This document shows, in pieces, positions 40,822 through 54,799 of a stretch of 64,000 nt of DNA. Source of the DNA: Octopus vulgaris (taxonomy: Eukaryota); NCBI GenBank assembly GCA_951406725.2, contig OX597815.1:38874001-38938000 (forward strand), written 5' to 3'. The position numbers and the translations under genes were made by a program. The first letter of the stretch is position 1. Each line of letters starts with the position of its first letter. Under the pieces are notes generated by a model. The model saw only the letters and a program-made list of their open reading frames with translations, searched no databases and was not told where the DNA came from.

Positions 40822-41928
40822 CAGACAGACAGATAGAGAGAAGACTAAGAGGAAGCTCTAACTATTTTGCAGCGAATTAAAGTTAGTCTTTCTGTGGTTG
40901 AAATCTTCAATATCAAAAGAAAATATAAAACCATGTTTTGATAAAAAAAAATATATATTGAAATTAGAAACTTAAAAGTTTGTAGACAGTAGAAAAAGTT
41001 TCACACCTAGGCAGTTTTCTTCATTATAGCATTTCCTCATTATATGTTTCCTGCCGTGAAAATGAGAGAATTTTTTCTCATTTAATATGTTAAAAGATGA
41101 CTAGAGAAAAAAATCATTTCAAATTAATAGATGTAATATAATAGCTTCTGTTAGTTTAAATAGAATTTTACACCTTTCTTATACCATTGTAGAGTTTGTA
41201 CGAAATCGATATATTTACATAAATAATGAACAGAGGTAGTGTAGTTATTGTAAACACTCTTCTAAACACGAACCACTTTTACTACTGTACGAATCAAAGT
41301 TTGGTAAACACTCAGCAATTCTGTTGTCACTCAACGTGCTATTAATAGTTATATAACACCATTAAATATTGTGGTTCCTGATGCAAAGTATCGTGATAAT
41401 TCTGACATTTATTTCGACCACTACTGGCATTGCACTATGCAACAAGGCCAAAGTCCACTTCGATTCGACGTGAAGATCTCTGTACAAGCAAGCGACCCGC
41501 AAACTATACTACTTGTTCCTTCTACTTCTTCCTTTCCTTCTCCTCTCGATCCTTCTCTTTCGCCTTCTATTAGTTTTCCTCCCACTCCTTCCCTTTCTCC
41601 CTCCTATTCTTATACGTATCTACCCTCTTGATTCCCTCACCACCACATAATTTCTTCCCTACAGACCCATCCCGCATACGCACTTAATTTTTTTCCTTTT
41701 TATTTCCTCCCGATACTTCCATAACAACAAGGTCTGAAGGACGTACAATGTAATAGCTTGACTTTGATGCAAGTCTGAGGAAGTGTCTCTCCAATGCCCA
41801 AGACTGCATATATTACGTAATTTTTATTTTAGAATTTTCACGTAAACTGGCGTTGCAAATGGAGATGGTACCACGTGTAACTTACAGCTAAAGATGTGTT
41901 AAAGAATTTTCTTTGTATCGTTTCATTG

Positions 41929-42153
41929 GCATGCTGGCAGATACGTTAGCACGCCGGGCGAAGTGCTTCGCGGTATTTCGCCCGTCGCTACGTTCTGAGT
42001 TCAAATTCCGCCGAGGTCGACTTTGCCTTTCATCCTTTCGGGGTCGATAAATTAAGTACCAGTTACGCACTGGGGCCGATGTAATCGACTTAATCCCTTT
42101 GTCTGTCCTTGTTTGTCCCCTCTATGTTTAACCCCTTGTGGGTAGTAAAGAAA
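41929..42153 (+). mobile_element. SINE family B
   Basis: Nearly identical to 35020-35250 and 57963-58198. Confidence 0.92.
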
Positions 42154-43272
42154 TATATATATATAGATATTTATATATATAATTACATTGTTGATGTGTC
42201 CTTCCTCGACTGGGGAATTTACACAACATAGCTTCTTCTGTAATTCAGTCGTTTCTTACTAGCCATTGCATCATCTATCTCACTAGTCATGGGCACTGTT
42301 CCTCTTCCGGTGTTTAAACTCAGAATATCGAAAGAAGATCTAAAATAAAGTTTTAATTTGTCTTTCAACTATTTTAAATTTCATATTTGAATATTGCTCC
42401 TATCGGAGTGGGGGGGGGCAGTGATGTAGGTAGAACGAAAGGCCAGTAGATTAAACTCAAGACAGGATTTATTTACGTATCTTTGTTATGAGCATGAATT
42501 CTGCCAGTTTTGGAGTTTGGTGTTTATCTCTAAGAGATCAATAAAATAAGTAGTAGAGTTGTACTTGGTTCAGTTCTATAGAAACACACATCTCTTGTAA
42601 ATTTGTCTCTTGATGACAATGTGAGAAACCAATATTTAGTGATATTGAGAGAAAATGTTTGTTGGAAAACTACTGTAAAGTAGTGTAGCGAAATTTCCCG
42701 ATGTGTTATTAACCCAAGAGACAATGTTGGCAGAGATCAATAATAGGACAATATGAATGATCGCTAAGTTGCTAAGAAATTTGTTCGATACCTGAACGCT
42801 TTTAAATAGAGGATCTAGAAAACCAAGTGTTAACAAAATAAATACAAATCTTTACATTTATCAAGAATCACAGGTTAAAATCTATTTTAACAGAAGCGAA
42901 TAGGGCATTTTTTGCTGTGCTTTCTATTCAATTCCTTATTGTATATATCCCATAGAATCTATTCGTAATTAAATGGCTCAAAGGATAGCTGACGTCATCT
43001 GACGGAATCAAAGCTAGGATTGTCACTTTTCTGCTGTCTTGAAATAAATACAAAGGAATTTTAGTTACTGACAGAACGTTGATTTTCCTAATATTATTAC
43101 TAAAACAGTTGTCTAACACATTCGCTTACACACATGCATATACATATGCAATCTAAGATTATAGAATATACATACATCCTCTAATTGTTTATAGTTTGTA
43201 CTTATATCTATTTTGTATATTAAACATGTATATATTTATGTGTGTGTTTTTGCATACATATACACACACACG

Positions 43273-43337
<65 letters not shown>

Positions 43338-43339
43338 CA

Positions 43340-43526
43340 CCATGATTGACAGCTAACTCCAAATTTTTTTATTCTCTCTCTGCTTTATTTCCTCGTGTTC
43401 CTTTCTGCTGAAGAACGTAGGCTCGAAACGTAAAAGACTTTCTCACATTCCCGAGCGTTAAACTAATACATCTGCTTGTTGTTTATACACATGTCTTCGA
43501 CTTTTGTTTTTCTGAAAATTTCAACT

Positions 43527-43530
<4 letters not shown>
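43340..43530 (+). mobile_element. Non-coding Penelope-like terminal remnant with a minimal hammerhead-like motif, ending in (TA)n
   Basis: CTTT-CTGCTGA-AGAAC-GTAG-GCTC-GAAA-CG-TA-AAAG at 43401-43436. Confidence 0.6.
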
Positions 43531-43591
<61 letters not shown>

Positions 43592-43597
<6 letters not shown>

Positions 43598-43618
43598 AAT
43601 AATGATCATATCCTTATT

Positions 43619-43668
<50 letters not shown>

Positions 43669-43699
43669 TATAAATAAGGATATGATCATTATTTAAATA
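43592..43699. repeat. Perfect 34-bp inverted repeat around (TA)n
   Basis: TATTTAAATAATGATCATATCCTTATTTATATAA / TTATATAAATAAGGATATGATCATTATTTAAATA. Confidence 0.95.
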
Positions 43700-43905
43700 C
43701 CGATCATATCAGGTGGCCAGCATGGGAATAAAAGCCTTCAAGGTAATAATTATTATCAAAATTACAATTTAGGGTATCTAAGAGATACCACCATGCTAGA
43801 AATAGCAGCCAAAACTTGACTCTAAAACCACATTAAATGTTCATACAGCACCAGGAGAGAAGACAAAAAGACAAAATAAACTAGCAAAAAAATTACTGGA
43901 TAATT

Positions 43906-43960
43906 CCAGATCCAGGATTTCTGGCTCTGCATAATAAATGCTCTACCTTCATCAGACTGG
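43906..43960 (-). ncRNA. Type I hammerhead ribozyme-like motif
   Basis: CCAG-T-CTGATGA-[aGGT aga GCAT ttatt ATGC aga GCC a]-GAAA-TCCTGGAT-CTGG; canonical cores, palindromic stem III. Confidence 0.7.
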
Positions 43961-44047
43961 TCGTGTACATACGTGCATATATATATGTATGTATACGATC
44001 GTATATGTAAGTATATCGTATCGTATATGTAAGTATATCGTATGTTG

Positions 44048-44078
<31 letters not shown>

Positions 44079-45619
44079 ATGTATGTATTTATGTGATATC
44101 TGAGTATATTCCACTGAGGAAGTATATTCTGAGTATATTCTGCTGATGACTATATTCCACTTACTCTGTGTTACAATTACGACAAATGGCAATCGACGCC
44201 AGTTTAAGATGAGCTGGGGAGATAATCTCAATAACCGAGAATTTGCCAAAGCTAACCGGCATATCAGCTTTGCAGAATTCAGGAAAGAAATACTCATATT
44301 TATCCTTGCGACGACTGTTGAAAACTTGGCTATTCTGGGGATCGACAGCATTACTAGCGTTTTTTTGCTCTGTTCACCCTTGAGCTCCATAAACAAAATT
44401 CTCAGTAGCTTGTCTATTGCGCATTGGATAGAATTCCTCAGTTGTTCTGCCAGCTGTATATCATTCAAGGAGATTCAATGGAGAATTATCTTAATCTACG
44501 TGTTTATTCCTGGAAAACTGAAGTACAATACATCATTGTCCAAGAAACCCTTACTAAAATTATCGCTAACCGTTAGCTGGATTACAAAATAGCTAAAATG
44601 AACACTTATTTCGAGTTGCAGTTCATTACTTTTTCATTCGTGTTGTCCGTTGTTAACATTAGTCTCCACGTTTGCATCTTCCATCTCTACGACACAGTAA
44701 ACGGTGAGTGTCAATCTTTTAAACTCATTACTCGATATGATAGTGATAATAGCCTTCCTTTATATTGATGCTCATAGTAATTGATGGCTGTTGGATTTGT
44801 TTCGCCAGCTAATCTCCTGGATGATTTTTTTTCTCTAATGAAGACGAGTTTGTCAAATGTGAATGTAGCTATTTCTAAAATACGACGCAGTAGTCCATTA
44901 GTCGATCTTCTACATGGATTTGTACAATATAACCGTCCATGAGAAGAATTGCACAAATAATCATATAGAAACCTGACAGATATTTTGGTTCCCACTCTGG
45001 ATCACATTCAAATGTTTATTCTATATAAGACTATAGATAAACAACAGTGCCTGGTTTACGACTATTCTAGATAACTTTGTATAAAGAGGGAAAACCCGTG
45101 AATCTATGCTACCTGAATAGAAACTGAGACTTTATAAACTCCGGCTGGATCAACTGCTGGTAGTGAACTTAAATTGTAAGACTAGAAAACCTATAAGACC
45201 CAAAGATATCACTAATTGTGCATCCCGGAGTATCCGTAAGGTGTATCGTGAAACTGTGATGCTTCTGTTATGTCATAGAAAATTAAAAATTCTATTTCTT
45301 CAAAATGAATTCAGATGTTTATGTTGGACTATGCAGATGCAGACGTTTTCGACTACCTTCAAGCTACAGTTATATAAATTTGTATATAAATGAACTTATT
45401 ATCTTTGTGAACATTATTACATTTCCTTGTTTAAAAAAGAAAAACGATTGCCTGAAAATAAATTGAAAATACATTTCTTTTGAAAACGAAATTTGCTCTT
45501 ATTTTAAAATTACACACATCTGGTTAAAATATTCAGTCATTATTTAGTTTTGATGTATTTCTACGCTTTTTTCCGAACGTCTTCTAATTTGTCTGGCGAG
45601 TAATGTGCTTTTGATCAAT

Positions 45620-47130
45620 GTACTGTAGTTATGCAATAAATATAACCTGGCTACCGGCAATACTTTCTTCCGTCAAAAAAGGACGTAAAAAGGGTCGTAG
45701 ACGTACTCACGTTCGAAGCACTGGCATATTATTATCACTAGAAAGTGTGATATGCTGAATATTAAAATAGTGAAAGTCATGAAAGATGTTGAGTGCTGAA
45801 CTGATCATCAATTAATTAGAGTCATGCTTAGGTGCACTCTAAGTTTTAGCGCAAAGGGCTTACATGCAAAATGCTTGATATGGGGTAACTCCAGTGAAAG
45901 GAAACTCATCGTTTGTTGATATCAGCCATTGACAATCTCGAACCTTTAAATAAGTGAATATTTGGGAAGATTTCTGAGCATTAGAAAACAGAAATACTAA
46001 GACCAGTTCGATGCGAATACTAAAGAGATTTGCACCCTACTGGAGAAAGAAAATACATGAAAGAACATTTCTTCCAAATTTATATTTAAAAGATAAGGAG
46101 AAAGCAGTAGATACATTAGGGAAAACGAAAAGTGAAGTCCAAAGACGTTTGCGAAGCATCCAGAATGACTGGTGGGAAGATGAGGCACAGGTCCTTCAAA
46201 ATGCATCAGATGCTAGAAATTCTAAGACAATGTACCAAATACTGAAAGAAGTCTATGGTCCACAAGAATAATCTTTTGCTCTTGTTAAGGCCAAAGAAGG
46301 AAATAAAATTTTAACCAACCAAATATAATACAAGAGAGAACATTACAGTGTGCTATTGACCAGGATAATAGAGACTGTGTTAGATTACATTGAGCAGCTG
46401 CTATTTAAGGAATGCTTAGATAACGCTCCAAATTAAGAAGTCAACCAAGCCATACCATAAATGAACAATGGGAAAATCATCAGGCATCGATAGAGTAGCT
46501 CCAGAGGTACTAAAATGTTGGAGAGATAAGCTGAAAAATTTGCTTTACAATGGAAAATGTGCTACACAAGCGAAATTTGGTTTTAGAGCAACCCGATATT
46601 TTCTGCATAACAATCAAGGAAGAATGTATTGAGCAGAATCTTGACTTGAATCAATGCTTTATTGATTTTACCAAGTTATTTGAAAGTCAACAGGTGAATG
46701 TTATGGAATGTGTTAAAGAAATTTGGTTGTTATAATACGTTTACAGAACTGATACAATCTTTGCATGACAAAATGAAAGCTAGAGTGCACCTTAATGGTA
46801 ATTTATCTGAACCTTTCCCTGCTGGAGGTGGAGCAAAGCAAGGAGGCATTCTTGCGTCAGCGTTATTTGTTCTTTACATAACAGCAATATTCATGGTAAC
46901 ATTCAAAGCTAACACTAAGGGAATCTATATCAGATTCAGAACCAAAAGATTGTTGAACATCAGGAGATTTGCTGCAGGTACTAAGGTTTTGTTAGGAATT
47001 ATAATATGCTGTCTATTGTGATTTAGTATCTCACACAGAACAGGAACTGCAGGATATGATTACAGTTTTTAATGCACCATGCAAAGCCTTTGGCTCGGAA
47101 ATGAATTTGAAGAAAACAGAAGTTATGAGG
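45620..47130 (+). mobile_element. RTE (BovB-like) LINE, decayed APE C-terminus + RT
   Basis: NTFFRQK..RSKHWHI, VQRRLRSIQNDWWE..MYQILKEVYGP, FIDFTK, LW.VLKKFGC..LIQSLHD.MKARV, G.KQGGILA..LF, MNLKKTEVM. Confidence 0.9.
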
Positions 47131-48466
47131 AAAGAAGGGTCAAGGAGAAATTCCCAGATGCCGTACTCGAAGACGAATTGACAACTAATATTGTATGTAT
47201 GTATGTATGTATGTATGTATGTATGTATGTATGTATGTATGTATGTATGTATGTATGTATGTATGTATGTATGCATGTATGAAAGGTGGTGAGTTGGTAG
47301 CAACATCAAGGCATCGGATAAACTAATTCAAGGTATTTCTTCTGATTCTCTATTTCTAGAAGACAGTACGTATAAGACTGTCTCCCAGTCAAGATCGATT
47401 TTGCCTTTCATCTTGTTTACGGTCGCTAAAAGAATCCAATCGAAAACAGTGAATTGACAGAACTGTTAAAGAGTTTGACAAGCTTCTTTGCTGTATATGT
47501 TTTGTGTTTTGGTGGCAACGGCTGCGAACCAATCGGTTCCACGTTGTATCAGCCTTGCCTTTCCCTCAGAAAACATCGATTATGTGGAGAGAGAAAACTT
47601 GCACGTTTGGTCAACAGATAATGTTCCATGAAACACTTGTACAAGTATGTACGTTAGTACGGATAGTTATGCCTAATCCACGGTTGTGAATGAATTAATA
47701 AAAGAGTGAATGAAAGGGAAGAGGGGAAAAATGTGCGCGCATGTATTTATGCACGCATAGGTCGCATTACATAAACACATATATATAAAATATATGCAAG
47801 TATGCGCGTGTGTGTATATATATATAGGAGTAAGAATAAACAAGTTAGGCAACTCGATATACAAAAAATGTTAAATGCGTTCAATAAAAAAATGTTCATG
47901 TGTTTACATATAAAAAGTGCCGACTTCCACACGATAGAAATGATATCAGGAATGAAAGGAGTTGAAATAGTGTTTTACGAGTCCAACAACTGTTTTTGGG
48001 GGATTGGTGGTCCAAAATAATGATTGTAAATTGATTCCATCATTGGATAATACCTGCCTCCGTCTTCGGGGAAGCATTTTACATCTGAGGTGTTGACAGA
48101 AAATAAACATATAATATAATATATAAATATGAACAATGGATACGGAAGATGGAATATACTGGAAACTTTATTTATCAATACAGGTTGTGTCGAAACGATC
48201 GTTGTGGTAATTTGGAGTTTCCATTATATTCTATCTCCCGCGTCCATTGTTTATATTATACTTAACGTACACTGAGGACTTCCTGAAGTAGATCCAGCGA
48301 CGATTGTGTAATTACCGTGGATAACGCAGGTAGCCATAAGCAGTGAACGTGTTTAATCGGCATACTACTTGGGACACACCCAACATGTAAATTTTAAACT
48401 TTGAATTTAAATTTAAACTGTAATTTTAACTTATATATATACATATATATATGTGTGTTTGTGTGT

Positions 48467-48504
<38 letters not shown>

Positions 48505-48654
48505 TTAATTAAAAACAGCAGAAATTTAACAAAAGCTGTTACTCGGAGTAACAGCACTTTTAGTAAAGCATATTGCTCTACCTCTGGTATTTGAGTACTC
48601 TTTTTTCCACCTTGTTTCACATTTATGTGTTTACTCCGGTATATATATATATAT

Positions 48655-48890
48655 ATTTCAATTCCTGGACCGGACAGGGCGTTGTGTTCTTGAGAAAAAC
48701 ACTTCATCTCATGTTGCTCTCTCTGCGATCACTTCAACACCTGACGCGTGGCTCACAGTGCACCTGTTCAGACAACGTCGGTTTGATGGAGAGAGTGAGC
48801 TACTGTGCGGCAAGAACATTTGATCACTATAAACAAATCATTTGTGCAGGTCGTTCATGCGTCGTCTTCGACGGGAGAGTGCATATATAT
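48655..48890 (+). mobile_element. tRNA-derived SINE, 5'-truncated at the B box
   Basis: TTTCAATTCCTGGACCGG..GCGTTGTGTTCTTGAGAAAAACACTT resembles the heads at 6262 and 38780. Confidence 0.6.
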
Positions 48891-49133
48891 AGTTAGCAGG
48901 TGAGATCCGGAGATTCTTAATATAGAAAATGTATAGTAGTGCTCAAATGGTTTGGTTTCAATTTACACTCCGAAGTCTTTACCTAAGACTAAATTCGCGA
49001 GGTAACGAGTGGTTATAAGAGGTATCCAAATGAGCTGATATGAAGATAATTTTACAAATAAACAAATAAGCACGCATAGGTTTGATATAAAAAGATACAT
49101 TCATATATATATGTAATTATATGTAGAGATATA

Positions 49134-49600
<467 letters not shown>

Positions 49601-49634
49601 AACGTGTGTGTGTATGTGTGTGTGTATTTATATC

Positions 49635-50169
49635 ATTGTTCAGTTTTATTTCAGGATTTCATGCCAATAGAGAAAGAACCGGTTTCTAACCTAGATCCAA
49701 GGTTCCTTCATTGTAATTTCATCGTCAAGAACATGGTTTTTTTGTTTGTATGTATGTATGTATGTATGTATGTATGTATGTATGTATGTGCAGATTGTAT
49801 GTTTCACTTTATGTATGTATTCTCATGCCTATAGTTGCATACCTAGACATGCTCATATATATTTAGAAGCTAAACTTCTGGAAAGTTTTACAGAATTTTA
49901 CAGCTCCAGTAATGGACTGGATCTGTAGTCTTCGAATAAATTTTTCCTTTTGAGAAGCCTAATTTCTCAAGATTGGTATTTAGGCAGTGTGTTACATATC
50001 ACAGGGCCCCTATAATTACAGGTATAAACATGAACTTGTAATCTGGATAGAGTAACTGCAGATTTCTCAATAGTTCAACGTAGATATTCTCTTTTTCACT
50101 GATCTTCAGCTTTATGTTAACAACCGGTGGGCAGCTAATTTCCGCACCTGTACATAGTTTCTCTTCTCT

Positions 50170-50170
<1 letters not shown>
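49635..50170 (-). mobile_element. RLE retrotransposon 3' fragment of the (TATG)n-associated family
   Basis: REEKLC..EISCP..NIKLKISEKENIY..LYPDYKFMFIPVIIGAL...LEKLGFS; the 5' end abuts (TATG)n at 50175-50345. Confidence 0.85.
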
Positions 50171-50203
<33 letters not shown>

Positions 50204-51619
50204 TGTATGTATGTATGTATGTATGTATGTATGTATGTGTGTATGTATGTATGTGTGTATGTATGTATGTATGTATGTATGTTTGTATGTATGTATGTAT
50301 GTATGTATGTATGTATGTATGTATGTATGTGTGTATGTATGTATGGATGGATGGATGGATGGATGGATGGAAACATGGATGTGTGTGTTCGATGTTGGTG
50401 GTTGTTCGCTATTCTGTTACATTTCTTTCAATATCGCCTTTTTTAAGTTTACATTTTCTATGCAGCTATTTGCTGATATCTTCTTCTAAGATATTGTTCA
50501 GTAAAATCCGAAATCCAGAGAAACTGGTGCTATTTCGAATCATTAAAAATTTATATACATAGGAAAGTTGGCAGAAAAATTCAGTTAACTGTTTTGCCTT
50601 GAGAGGTGAAATAATAACGTTTCAGACACCTTCTTCGAATAAAGAGAATATAAAACAGTGTTGTCACCTTAGAAATATTTGAATTTTTTATCCTCAAGGC
50701 ACACAAAATATTTTATATTCATGTCATTTAATTGACTTTTGCCGGCGCAGATGTCCAATAATTTTCGTCATATATTTTGTCTCAACTTAATTTTTTGGCA
50801 TTTTTTGCTTTGTTTTTGTTTTGTTTTTTTCTTTTTGCATAACAGATTTTGGGGCTTCCGACTCTTACCAATGTTCTTTGATTCGGTATCCTTAAAATGA
50901 ACTAAGACAATGCTGCAGTACAGATAAGAAATAGCTTTGGATATCTGTTATCATAGCAGCAAAGTTTATGTTGCAGCTCTCGACACTTCGGCTTAACTTT
51001 TTCACTTAACTCGATCACAGCATGGATATTTGTAAATTCATATAGATAATATTGGCAAACAGAGCAAGATGTGTATAACTACATATAGCTTGTGTATAAA
51101 TAGTTTCCAAATAATTTCCAATATGTAATTATTTAAGCATACATATTTATATTCTTGCATCCATATATCCATAGAGGCATTATTTTATTATTAATTCCGT
51201 TGCTTAACTGAAGAATACGTCGAGCAAGAGGATATGTTTTTCGAACGGGATACGAAGACGTATCAACCGTCAAATACACTTCATAATTTATTAATATCAA
51301 GAATGATATAGAATGTATGATTTTAGAGTTTAAACTTATATTTACGTTCTTATTTTTGACGTAACACTACACATTTTAAAGGTAAGTTTGTGTGACTTTT
51401 TCATATCTCCACAAGTAAATTCGTTCCGGAAGTGAGGAAATTAAAACTGAGGTGAAGTGATATATGTTGAATATTGAATGAAATCATTAAATTATCAAAT
51501 ATAGTCATTCCTCAAACTTCTTTGTTCACAATTTTTTGGAATTTCAGTCACTAATTTAATAAGAATGTTTGGATGAATTTGTCACTCTTCATAATTTAGT
51601 AATAAATATACTTTTGTCA

Positions 51620-52030
51620 AAGGCGGCGAGATGGTAGAATCGTTACCACGCCGGGCAAGACTCTTAGCGGCATTTCATCTGTCTTTATATTCTGAGTTCA
51701 AATTCCGCCGAATTCGACTTTGTCTTTCATCCTTAAAATAAGTACCAGCGGAGTACTGGGGTCGATATGATCGACTTAAGTTTTAGGCCTTCTTCCTATA
51801 GTAGAAAGGATTATTATATTTTTGTTGGTGGTAGTGGATTGGCAGAATGAGTAGAGCGCCGGAAAAAATGCCTTGCGGATTTTGTTATGAGTTCAAATCT
51901 CATTGAGGTTAACTGCGTGTAACATCCTTCTGGGCTCGATAAAATAAGGTACCGGTCATAAAGCGGAGTTGACTTAATTGACTTTGCTCTTCTCCCAAAA
52001 TTCTACCTTTAGATCTATGACAGGAAACAA
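51620..52030 (+). mobile_element. Two adjacent SINE family B copies, decayed
   Basis: GGCGGCGAGATGGTAGAATCGTTA..GAGTTCAAATTCCGCCG at 51621 and GGCAGAAT..GAGTTCAAAT at 51841. Confidence 0.8.
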
Positions 52031-52659
52031 TTATTAAGCTTCTGTTCCTCGTTGAGTTCAGCACTGACAAGCTCGACTTTTGCTTTCATCTCGCTCTGTC
52101 ATCAATACATGTTGAACTCACATATTATCATCGATATAATCATTTACACATTTTTGGCATTATATCAATATAAAAAATGACTTATATAGACTTTGCAACG
52201 CTGACTACTTTTTCTACTCTGTAGCAACCCCTTAATATCCTGAAGATGATATTTTCAGTGGATGTGAGGAAGGTCCCAACGTAAAATGTAAACTCATGAA
52301 TAATCTAGAGCTTGGTATGGCCAGAGATTAATTTCAATTGAACCTAATTTACTTAGTGACTCCACTACTGCTGTTAGGAAAAGCATGGGCATTGTCAAAT
52401 AATGTTTCCATTTCATTACAAAATATTGTTTCTATTCAAAAGAAACTAATATTTTTAATAGATAATCCCTTGAACTCTCACTAAAGGTCTTATACTGTCT
52501 CCCGGAAATAAACAATGTTTACCGAATATTCCATGCCTTTGTAAGACATTTCCTGTAACATAAAAAAAATAAGATCAGTGCTATAGGTTAGTAATGAAAG
52601 AACCAAAAGTGATTTTCAATTGAAGATATTTCCACTTGACTAATACAATTAATATTCAT

Positions 52660-53045
52660 AGGGGCAGGAGTGGCTGTGAGGTAAGTAGCTTCCTTACGAA
52701 CCACATGGTCCCGGGTTCATTCCCACTGCGTGGAACATTGGGCAAATGTCTTCTACTATAGCCTTGTGAGTGGATTTGGTAGACAGAAGCTGTAAGAAGC
52801 CTGTCGTATATATGTATATATATATACATGTGTGTGTGTGTGTGTGTGTCTATGTGTCTTTTTTTGTCCCCAACATCGCTTGACAACCGATGGTGGTGTG
52901 TTTACGTCCTCGTAACTTAGCGGGTCGGCATAAGTGACTGATAGAATAAGTACTAGGCTTAAAAGGAATAAGTCCCGGGGTCGATTTGCTCGACTAAAGG
53001 CGTTGCTCAAGCATGGCCGCAGTCGAATGACTGAAACAAGTAAAG
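52660..53045 (+). mobile_element. SINE family A, full length
   Basis: GGGGCAGGAGTGGCTGTGAGGTAAG (A box)..GGGTTCATTCCC (B box); same body as the other A copies. Confidence 0.93.
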
Positions 53046-53162
53046 GGAGTATACCCAAACATAAAGTTAAAACTTGCCCAGATAATCCCTGTTTTCTGCC
53101 ATGAAGATATGGTACTTAAAGACATCTGTCTATTGAATGCCTCATTGGATAAATCTATAGAT

Positions 53163-53520
53163 ATGGATGTGTGGTTAAGAGACACGCATTGCAACCACGT
53201 GGTTTCAGATTCAATCCCATTGCGCGGCATCTTGGGCAGTTGTATTCTCTAACCAACCACTGTTTTGTCAGTGAATTCCGTACACAGAAACTCTGTAAAA
53301 ACCAATCGTATATATGCCTGTGTGTTGTGTGGAGTGCATTTGTGTCTGTTCATGTGTCTGTATTTGGGTTCCCCATCATTTGACATGTAGTACTGGTTTC
53401 TTTACATCCCCGTAACTATAAAGTAAGAATGAATATAAGGGTCGATTTGTTCGACTAAATTCTTTAAGGCGGTGCCCCAGTATGGCCGCAGCCCAATGAA
53501 TGAACCAACTAAAAGGTAAA
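53163..53520 (+). mobile_element. SINE family A, older copy
   Basis: TGTGTGGTTAAG..AACCACGTGGTTTCAGATTCAATCCC..CATCTTGGGCA...GGTCGATTTGTTCGACTAAA. Confidence 0.8.
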
Positions 53521-54271
53521 TACAGTAAAGTATTAAAACAAAACATTGCTAACATTCTAATAATTTATTAATCGGACTAGCAGGCTAAAGCATTATATGT
53601 ACAAACCGGTCGATTATATGTACAATGGATTTATAAACAATGCTTCTGTGGACACTTAAAGAATGCATTCGGCTATTAAGGAAATCTCAGTACGCGAACA
53701 GCAATTCGTCAATGTAATCGATTACTTCCGGTAATCATTAAATACCGTATGTTTGGTATAGAATACGTTCTTTAGCCCCAAAAATTCATGTCAAAATTTG
53801 CTAGCATCCTAAACACAGAAGGTATGAATAATATTTTATATATATTTATATATATATACACACACACACACAAAATGGGACAAGAACGCAAAACATTCAG
53901 AAGACGATACAAAAAACACGGACAGGTCATTCGAAGCCTTCAATCTTCAGTCAAGAACCAGATCATCCTCGCAATTTCGGCTGATTAATCTTGAGATTGC
54001 TCCAATCTGGCCAGCCCCTAGGAAAAACTAAGCTAAGCGCATTAGATTCCTTAGAAAAAAGCTTCGAATGTATACGAAACAAGAACGTAAAAACAGACAA
54101 GGTTACACGAATATGAATACAAAGATAATACGAAAAAACAATAATAATAATAATAATAATAATAACAATAACAGGACATCACAACAGGCGTCTTTCGACT
54201 TAGACGAATTGAACTGAGCTGGCGTGTTAGGAATGTACCGTGGGGCAGAGAAAAAATGTTGATGTTACCAC

Positions 54272-54317
<46 letters not shown>

Positions 54318-54799
54318 TACTGAAGCCATATGTAAATGACAATGGATAGCATAGTTTATTTGAATGTATTATAGCAATAGTAATATTTTTCTCGTAAAAA
54401 TATAACTGTATAATTCTCCCTAAAATGTGAAAAAAAAATACAGAAACGGACGAGAGTGAAATAGTTGTTAAATGCGGAGTAGAACAAGGCTGTTATCGTT
54501 ATTCAAGAATCTAAGGCCTACTCGTTCAGAGAGTTTGCTTTTATTTCAAATGTGCAATGCGGGTGACCAAGCATTTGGCAATCGTCTATCTGGTTACTCA
54601 GTTATTATTGACTAGTCGACAGTCTGTCGCGTGTTTACACTCAAGTTGGATGCGTAAGCGAAAGACAAAATACCGTATTTTAGGTATAAAGAGTAAAATA
54701 GTTTCTTTTCCGTTCAGCTTTTTCACTCCCTTATGATGCCTAACGAAAGAGACAGCCACAACTCAATTCAAATTAAATGTGATTAATCATGTAAAAATA

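Noticed and set aside
41380-41800. Possible decayed Penelope 3' end with CTGAAGG/CTGAGGA words (similar impression at 7330-7700)
   Set aside because: No matching GAAA or stems and no convincing GIY-YIG translation.
48272-48300. CTGAGGA-CTTC-CT-GAAG hammerhead-like start
   Set aside because: The loop is too short and no GAAA core or stem III follows.
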